A stretch of 64,000 nt of DNA from the human T2T-CHM13v2.0 reference genome, Homo sapiens. The notes beneath the pieces are model-generated. The model was not told the origin of the DNA. It worked only from the letters and a program-made list of their open reading frames with translations, and searched no databases. Positions 56,423 through 64,000 of the stretch are shown here, in pieces; within the stretch, counting starts at the first letter, position 1; every line of letters starts with the position of its first letter. Where the stretch lies: assembly GCF_009914755.1 (NCBI RefSeq), contig NC_060947.1. One strand, written 5' to 3'. A program made the position numbers and the translations under genes.

Positions 56423-59020
56423 TTAAACCTTCAATGTGCACTGTACAGGTGGGTCCACTAGATGCTGTGGCTCATGATAGATCTTCAGATGTTTGGTGGG
56501 CACCCACACAGGCACCTGATTGTCACCTGGAGAAACACAAGCAAATCCTCTTCCCCATAAAATTATCTTTCCTTTTTCCCAGCTCTTTGTATGTGCATCC
56601 CTCCACCATATATCTTGTCCAGCCTTTTAATTTTCCTTTTGTCCTGTCAGGTGTTGTTCAGCTGCAGTCATGGGTTAATCTTTCTGTAAATTTAAAAAAT
56701 TTAATGTTAATAAAGCTAAATGCAATTGCATATGTTGTGTCTTATATTCCTAGTCTCCTCCCTTTTGCTTTTGTATTTGAGTTTTTAAAGTACAATTAGC
56801 TCTTTCCACTATTGCTTGTCTTTGTGAGTTATATGGAACACCCGTAGTATGGGTAATATTCCATTGTTGAAAAAATGTAGCCATGGCTTTACTACAGTCT
56901 CCTGGGCCGTTATCAGTTTTGATTTTTCTGGGATTCCCATAACTGAAAAGCAAGATAAAAGATGTCTTTTAACATGAGCTGTGGCATCCCCTGTTTGACA
57001 TGTGGCCCAAATAAAATGTGAATAGGTATCTAATGAAACATGAACAAAGGACAATTTTCCAAAAGCAGGAATATGTGTTACATCCATCTGCCAGATGGAA
57101 TTTGGAGATAAACCTCTAGGGTTAACTCCTTTTCCTTGATGTGGCAGATGCAGGACTTGGCAGGCAGAACAATGTTGCACAATTTCTTTAGCTTGTTTCC
57201 ATGATAGACCGTATGTTTTTCTAAGGCCTGTGGCATTAAGGTGGGTTAAAGAATGAAATGTTTGTGCATCAGCAAAGGCTGCAGACACCAATGCAACCGC
57301 CCTTTGATTAAGTTTAGTTAAAGGGCCAGGGAGGTTAGTATGTGCTCTCATATGAGTGATATAGAAAGGTGAATGCCTTTGTTGTACTGCTTGCTGTAAA
57401 GAATGAAATAAAAGATTAAGTTGTTCATCAGTCATATTTTGAACTAAGGCACATTGAATATTTTGCATGGCTTGCACTACATAGGCTGAATCAGAAACAC
57501 TGTTTACTGGCTGTTTAAAAGTTTTTAACACTGTTATCACAGCCATAAGTTCAGCCCTTTGAGAAGAAGCAAAGTCAGTTTGAAAAACTTGCTGTTGAGG
57601 TCCTGCAAATGAGGCTTTTCCATTACTAGATCCATCAGTAAAAACAGTAATGGTCCCTTCAATAGGGGCTTTTTGAGTAATAGAAGGCAACATCCAGGAT
57701 GTTAATTTTAGAAACTGGAAGGTTTTAGACTCAGGATAATGATTATCAAGAATGCCAACAAAACCGGCCAAATTAACTTGCCATTCTTGGGAATTAATAT
57801 AGGCTTGTTGAATTTGTTGTTTTGTTAATGGAACTATAATCTTATTTGGATCATATGCCATTAACTTTGTTGAGCGCAGCTGCGCTTGTCCTACTAGCAC
57901 AGCAATTTGATCTAAGTACAGAGTGAGTGTTTTGGTTGTATTGTGAGGTAGAAAAAGCCACTCAACCAGATCATCCTGTTGAACTATAACTCCTGTAGGC
58001 GAATGCTTAGTAGGAAAAACTAAAAACTGTAATGGCTGTATTGGATTAATCCGTTCTACTTGTGCTTGCTGAATTTTTTCCTCAATTAATTGAAGTTCCT
58101 CCAATGCTTCTTTGGACAGGGAGCGTTTACTTTTAAGGTTAGAATCACCTCATAAAGCAGAAAAGAGGTGAGACATAGCATAGGTAGGAATGCCTAAAGT
58201 TGGATGAATCCAATTAATGTCTCCTAATAATTTTTGGAAATCATTTAAGGTTTCTAAATTATCTCTTCGAATTTGAACCTTTTGAGGCTTAATAGCACTT
58301 TGCTCTACCTTCATTCCTAGATATTGAAAGGGAGTAGAAGTTTGGATTTTATCAGGGGCTATAACTAACCCTGCCGCATTTACAGACTTTCCTAACTGCT
58401 TGTAGCACAACATCAATTCTTCCCTAGTTTCAGCTGCACACAGAATATCATCCATGTAATGGATGATATAACATTTTTTAAACTGTTCTCTAACTGGCTT
58501 AATAGCTTTCCTGACATAAGTTTAACAAACAGTTGGGCTATTTAGCATGCCTTGTGGCAGTACTTTCCAATGGTATTTGTCCGCTGGTTCTTTATTATTT
58601 ATGGCAGGAACAATAAAAGCAAATTTTTCATAATCTTGGGCAGCTAAAGGAATGGTAAAAAAGCAATCCTTTAGATCTATCACTATGAGAGGCCAGTATT
58701 TTGGGATCATTGTTGGGGAGGGCAGCCCTGGTTGTAGTGCACCCATGGGTTGACTCAGAGCATTAACAGCCCTTAAATCTGTTAACATTCTCCATTTCCC
58801 TGATTTTTTCTTAATGACAAATACAGGAGAATTCCAAGGGGAGAAAGTAGGCTCTATATGTCCCTTTTGCAATGGTTCCTGCACCAGTTCTTTTAAAGCC
58901 TCCAGTTTTTCCTGTTTCAGTGGCCATTGCTGCACCCAAACCGGTTTGGCAGTTAGCCAAACAAGAGGAATGGGAGCCAGAGGCTCAACAATGGCCGCTC
59001 CTAAAAATGACACCCAATCC
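56423..59020 (-). pseudogene. pol: ERV pol (RT-RNase H-integrase), disrupted
   Basis: [62 protein letters not shown]-terminal domain [16 protein letters not shown]. Confidence 0.93.
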
Positions 59021-59925
59021 GGTCCAATCTGTTTTTCCTTTTAATTCTAAAGTTTCTGATTGGCCAATTTTATCTTTTTCTAGTCCTTTTCCCAGGCAAT
59101 ATCCCATATTTTTCATCATTTGTCTACTATTATTACTATATTGATCCGTAGGAATAGATATTTCAGCATCCCATTGTTGCAATAAGTCTCTACCCCATAA
59201 ATTAACAGGAATAGGTGTAATGATAGGTTGGATTATCCCTTCCTAACCATCCGGCCCTTGACATGGTAAAATCAAAGAACTTTGAAAAACTTCTGACGCA
59301 GCTCCTACTCCAACAATAACAATGGATGCCTTTTGCTTAGGCCAGTGCCGGGGTCATTGATTTATAGCAATAATAGAGACATCAGCTCCAGTATCTACTA
59401 GTCCTTCAAAATCTTTTCCCTGAATAGTTACTGTGCAAATAGGTCTTTTGCCAGACACTTGATTAACCCAATACACAGCCTTCCTGCTGGATTAGTACTA
59501 CCAAAGCCTCCTGTTCTTTTCACTGTGCTGCTTCCTAGTTTTATGTAAGGTAACAGCAACAACAGCAATTCTTTCTCCTGGGGAGGCAGACTGTGGAGTC
59601 GAGGAACTAATAACTAATTGAATTTCTCCGGTATAATCAGAGTCAATTATTCCCGTATGTACAGTAACACCTTTTAAATTTAGACTAGACCTTCCAAGTA
59701 ATAGACCAACTGTTCCTGAGGGTAAGGGTCCCCTAACTCCCGTGGGGGACCTTCTTTGGTGGCTCCCCAGGAAGTAAGGAGAGGGGAATTGTGCTGTAGA
59801 GGTCTACAGCAGCACTGCCTGCTGAGGCGGGGGACAATTCTTGTACATTTGTAATGGCACTGGCTGTGCCAGTTATGCCTCGGTTTGTTGAGGGGCTCGA
59901 GGTGGGCTTCTCTTACTGTTTCCTG
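58985..59925 (-). pseudogene. pro: ERV pro (dUTPase-protease-G-patch), disrupted
   Basis: GSAAVDL and GIIDSDYTGEI (dUTPase), GLVDTGADVS (protease), MMKNMGYCLGKGLEK (G-patch). Confidence 0.9.
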
Positions 59926-61449
59926 AAAGAGGATGTCCATCTTGACTAAATTTAGAATGACACTGACTTTCCCAGTGATTGCCTTTCTTACACCGGGGAC
60001 ATACACCGGGACTTTTCTGTTGATTGATGGTACTAATTTTTGCCCTTTGATTTCCTTTTCTACATTCCTCTCTTGTGTGTCAAAATTGCCGACAATTAAA
60101 GCAAGAGCCTGAGAAACAGGGCATATTCTTTCCTATTCTTAATCCAGCCATAGCCTGAGCTAAAAGAGTAGCCTTATGTAAGTTATCTGCAATGCCATCG
60201 CAAGCCTTAATATATTCAGCTAAATGAGCCTTCCCTCTCGGGTCTAATAGCAGTTTGACACTCTGCATTAGCATTATCGTATGCAAGAAGCTGTATTACA
60301 ACATCCTGAGCCGTTTTATCAGTTATGGCTTTATACATAGCCTCTTGGAGCCAAGCAATAAAACCAGTATATGGTTCTTTAGGTTCTTGTCAGACAGAAC
60401 TGAAAGAAGGATATTTTTCCTCTGTAACATGTATCCTTTCCCATGCCCATAAGCACACAAAGCACAGCTGAACAATGGCAACATCATCTATTACTGCTTG
60501 ATTCTGTAATCGACCCCAATTAGGGCCAACTCCCATTAACTGTTCAAAGGAAACAGGCACAGGTGGCTGTGCTTGTGTGTTTTCCCTTGCCTGAGTTTGA
60601 GCTTCATCAGCCCACCAGGTTTTCAACTGCAAGTACTGAGATGGAATGAGAACAGATTTTGTCAAAGTATCTGAATCATATGGTATTAATCTATTATCAA
60701 GAGCCATATTTTTAAATAAAGTTTGCACAAAAGAAGAGTTCGGTCCATATTGACTAATGGCTTGTTTAAATTCCTTTAGTAACTTAAAAGGAAAAGTGGC
60801 CCAATTAGCTATATTCTTTCCTCCCTGCTGGATTATAGTAATGGGAAATTGCCATGCTTCAAGGTCTCCCTTAGCTCTAGCTTTTTGAATAGAATTTTGT
60901 ATAGCACTGCCAATTGCTCCAGGTTTCAATGGTGCAACTACAGGAGCAATAAGTTTTTCAGCTAATTTATTTTCTTGCCCATTAAGGGGAGGGAGAGGAG
61001 GTGGCCATTCACTTAATTCAGCAGGTGGAGCTGACAGGCTAGTAAAACATACTATTTAGTTTTCCTTTCTTTTCTTTAATCTCCTCCAGTAGCTGTTCCT
61101 CACACTCAGAATCTGAAGTTAGATTTTTACACTCGACCTCCTCTTCCTCATCTGAATCTGCCTCATCATCTGTTTGAAATGGCTCAAGAGCTGCCTTTAT
61201 TAGCACCCACACTGACCAAACGGAAACTGGAATTTCTGCTCCCTCTTTATATGCCTTTTTAAAATCTCTTCCAATTCTCTCCCATTCATCCAACTCCATA
61301 GTCCCTTGTTCAGGAAACCATGGGCAAAACTGCTTTACTATACTAAAGAGTGATAACAAATTCTGAGTACTAACTTTCACTCCCCCTCTTTGTAATAAAT
61401 CACTTAAGAAATTTAAATAAACAGAATGTCTGCTTTCACTTTGTCTCAT
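59804..61449 (-). pseudogene. gag: ERV gag, disrupted
   Basis: matrix CPWFPEQGT; MHR V*QEPKEPYTGFIAWLQE; zinc knuckles CFNC..H..C and CPRC..GNHW..QC; N-terminus MRQ (myristoylation Gly lost); stops and frameshifts. Confidence 0.9.
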
Positions 61450-61587
61450 TGTTACCCTGGTTCTTCCGAGTGCTCAGCTTTTCCACTGAGCTTCTTTTAG
61501 GACATCTTTTAGACATCCTCGGGTGTCCTCTGACGATGCGTCCTCTGCTTTCACATGCTCTAGCATTCCTTCACTGGGGTCTTTGTT

Positions 61588-61606
61588 GCCCCACGTTGGG
61601 CAGCCA
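61588..61606 (-). promoter_or_regulatory. primer binding site for tRNA-Lys(CUU)
   Basis: minus strand TGGCTGCCCAACGTGGGGC = TGGCGCCCAACGTGGGGC plus one inserted T. Confidence 0.85.
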
Positions 61607-61610
61607 GGAA

Positions 61611-61953
61611 TGTTGGGGTGATCAGACCCAACACCAGGTCATGGGGGCGACAAAGTCTGGTGGAGTCAAAGAAATGAGAAAAAGTTTGAGAGAGAAAGTG
61701 GGACCAGAGGGCCATCGCGAGTGTGGAGGCTGCAAACGCCCCAAGCTCTGGGAGCCCACACGATTTATTGGTGCTCAAACAAAGAAACAGGTGGTGAGGA
61801 TGTGGGGGTTGAAAGGAAACAGTGTATCAAGTGAAGGAGAAGCACATGGCTACTTGAGATAATGGGAGTGCTAGAAGCAAGGAGCCAGCAAGTCTAGCAG
61901 ACATGCAAGCCCTGCCTCAGCTTCTCTTCCAACACGCAGTTTTTCTCCCAACA
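61611..61953 (-). repeat. 5' LTR (343 bp)
   Basis: minus strand tgttgggagaaaa...caccccaaca; adjacent to the PBS. Confidence 0.95.
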
Positions 61954-62139
61954 GTCTCCCAAGTAGCTGGGACTACAGATGCGCGCCACCATGCCCAGTT
62001 AATTTTTGTATTGTTAGTAGAGACGGGGGGAGGAGGGGCGGTGTTTCACTATGTTGGCCAGGCTAGTCTCGAACTCCTGACCTCATGATCCGCCTGCCTT
62101 AGCCTCCCAAAGTGCTGGGATTACAGCACCTGGCTGATA

Positions 62140-64000
62140 TTTTTTCATTTTATTTTATTTTATTATAATTTGGTGATTTTGTAGTTTTAATTGACAGTTT
62201 ATAACTGTACATATTTACAGGGTACAATTTGATGTTTCTATATATATACTAATACTGATCAAATCAGGGTGTTTAGCATATCCATCACCTCATACAATCA
62301 TTTCTCTGTGGCGAGAACATTCAAAAGCCTCTCTTCTAGCTATTTTGTAATATGCAATACCTTATTGTTAACCATTGTCACCCTACTATACAATAGAACA
62401 CCGGAAAGTATTCCTACTAATTGTAACTTTATATCCATTGACCAATCTCTCCTTATCTTCCCTTCTCTTCCCTCCCCTTCTCAATCTCTGGTAACCATCA
62501 TTCTACTTTATGCTTCTATGGTATCAGTTGTTTTTTTGGGAGGTGTAAGTGAATTTTTATTGGGAAGGGAGGTTGTCAACTTAAACAGCAACAAATAAAG
62601 AGTGAATAAGGAAACTCCTTGTTGCCACAGATATACATGACCTCCTTATGTGACACAGGAGGCATTTCAATTTGTGACTCCCAGACAGAGATGGCAAGTG
62701 CTTTTCCATTCAATCTAATATTTCTGGATTCCTACTAAAAAGGAATACATTAAGAGCATGGAAAAGTTGCTTATTGGAAGGAAACCCCCAAAGAGTAAGG
62801 GAGGGAATGTAGAAATTAAGTTATGTAGAACACTCTTCAAACTGTAATTAACATTTTCATATCTTCACAGTAATACAGTCACTTGCAGGACTGGTTCAGA
62901 TTACTTAAATACCAGATACATTTTTAGTCCTGAGTAAGTGTTTGGAAATTACTTATGTTTATATAAAATGAAGCTATTAATACTTTTCTACAGCAGTAAC
63001 TGCACACCAGGAAGGCCAAGACAAACAGATCAAGGGATGAAGTTTTCCCAAAGTTGCGTGTGAAAAGCCTATGAACAGTTGATTCCATAGACATGAATGG
63101 GTTTCTTTGCTATAGGAAATCCAAGTGGAATAAGGAATGGAGATGTGTAAAAAGGCTTCTTGAAGTAAAAAAGGATGACACACTGTATGGATTTAGATTT
63201 CAGCCCCTTCTGCAACATCACATTCTTCTCCTGCACTGTCTGATGTCCAAAGCGTTAGGTTGTCTCAAAGCAACTGTATGATAGTCCTTAATCAGCTGCA
63301 ACTTCTTGTCGGAGGTGTAGGTATTCTGCTCGATGCTCCAGATGACGCCCCAGGCGGACCTGCGGCCCCGACCACGTTCTTGTAGGCCACGGAAAGCAGG
63401 TTGCGCTCCTCCTTGGACAGCTCGGCGCCCTGCTTGGTCCTGGCCTTCATGCAGGTGGCCATGTCGTCGTAGCGCTCGGCCAACTTGGCCTTCTGGATCA
63501 GCTCCGTCTTCTCCATGGCGGGCGCGGGGCCCGGGCCTGGCCGGGGAGGGAGCCTCCAGAGCTGCGGAGGGGCGGGGCGGCGAGGCGATAACAAAAAGCA
63601 GGGAGGGAGCTCCGTCAGACAATGGGGCCGGCAGCCCGCTTTTATCTCTGGCACAAGGCGGCCGGTTGAATTTCCCTCTCCCCCGACTCCACCACCACTG
63701 GGCGCCCGGGGAGGCCGCTGCCCGGGCGGGAGGAGGCGGGGGCGGTGCAGAGGCCCAGCGCGCTGGGAGCCCGAGCTGCCGCCGCAACCACCACCCCCGC
63801 CCGGCCGGCCCAGGATAGAAGCGACCGTTTGACATCAGTCTTTTAAAAAATGGATTCCACATATGAGGGAGATCAGGTGTTATTTGTCTTTCTGTGTCTG
63901 GCTTATTTCACTTAACATGATGTTCTCAAGGCTCATCCATGTTGTACATGACAGGATTTCATTCTTTTTTATAGCTGGATAGTATTCCATTGTGTGTGTG
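62140..64000 (-). mobile_element. L1MA 3' UTR (62140-62527, resuming 63834-64000) interrupted by the YWHAQ retrocopy
   Basis: ...ttctatggtatcagt | insert | atcagtcttttaaaaaatggattccacatatgag...gtctggcttatttcacttaac is continuous L1 3' UTR. Confidence 0.85.
62528..63833 (-). pseudogene. YWHAQP8: processed pseudogene of YWHAQ (14-3-3 theta); paralogue number recalled, not verified
   Basis: ATG at 63516: [24 protein letters not shown]...; C-terminus [23 protein letters not shown] (stop 63193-63195); no coding introns; 3' UTR with AATAAA (62556-62561) and poly(A) remnant; degenerate TSD atcagt(tg/ct)ttt with TTTT/AA endonuclease site; 9-nt deletion, frameshift and large internal deletion. Confidence 0.92.

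Larger units (their letters stand above)
55324..61953 (-). mobile_element. HERV-K superfamily (betaretrovirus-like) provirus, probably HML-1/HERVK14 with LTR14A-type LTRs; env deleted or replaced
   Basis: two ~345-bp TG...CA LTRs, 6-bp TSD gtctcc, Lys PBS, PPT, gag-pro(dUTPase)-pol order; subfamily assigned from LTR size and recalled consensus only. Confidence 0.93.
55199..62133 (-). mobile_element. single AluS-like element split by the provirus (halves 55199-55323 and 61954-62133)
   Basis: tgcctcagtctcc | provirus | gtctcccaagtagctgggactac rejoins into a contiguous Alu. Confidence 0.92.

Noticed and set aside
55690-56423. Intact or domesticated env gene
   Set aside because: Only ~730 bp are available, with no signal peptide, furin site or TM ectodomain, and many stops.
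61588-61606. tRNA-like sequence
   Set aside because: It is the retroviral primer binding site, not a tRNA gene.
63218-63862. Overlapping 115-214 aa Pro/Arg/Gly-rich ORFs on both strands
   Set aside because: Stop-poor GC-rich pseudogene 5' region; only fragments are 14-3-3 and the rest is off-frame.

Overview
Primate, apparently human, genomic DNA, AT-rich and very repeat-dense. Positions 1-~38.2 kb hold the 3' half of CENPI (centromere protein I) on the + strand: 11 GT-AG coding exons that splice into one continuous frame ending ...RAEGINCNNQY* at 35049, then a 3' UTR with candidate proximal and distal poly(A) signals. The rest is intergenic, layered mobile DNA: about 55 Alus, L1/L2 fragments, Tigger3-like, MER58A, MER5 and MADE1. 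A 6.63-kb betaretrovirus-like provirus (HERV-K superfamily, most like HML-1/HERVK14 with LTR14A-type LTRs) lies on the - strand at 55324-61953, inserted into an Alu. A YWHAQ (14-3-3 theta) processed pseudogene lies on the - strand at ~62528-63833, inserted into an L1. The most unusual structure is the provirus env region, replaced by a mosaic: collinear micro-fragments of a second, different betaretroviral pol (including a second integrase C-terminal domain), an ERV1/MER41-like 3' end with its own polypurine tract and LTR start, and two env-tail remnants. I found no RNA genes, CRISPR arrays or intact novel protein-coding genes. Repeat subfamily names come from recalled consensus sequences, not a database search.
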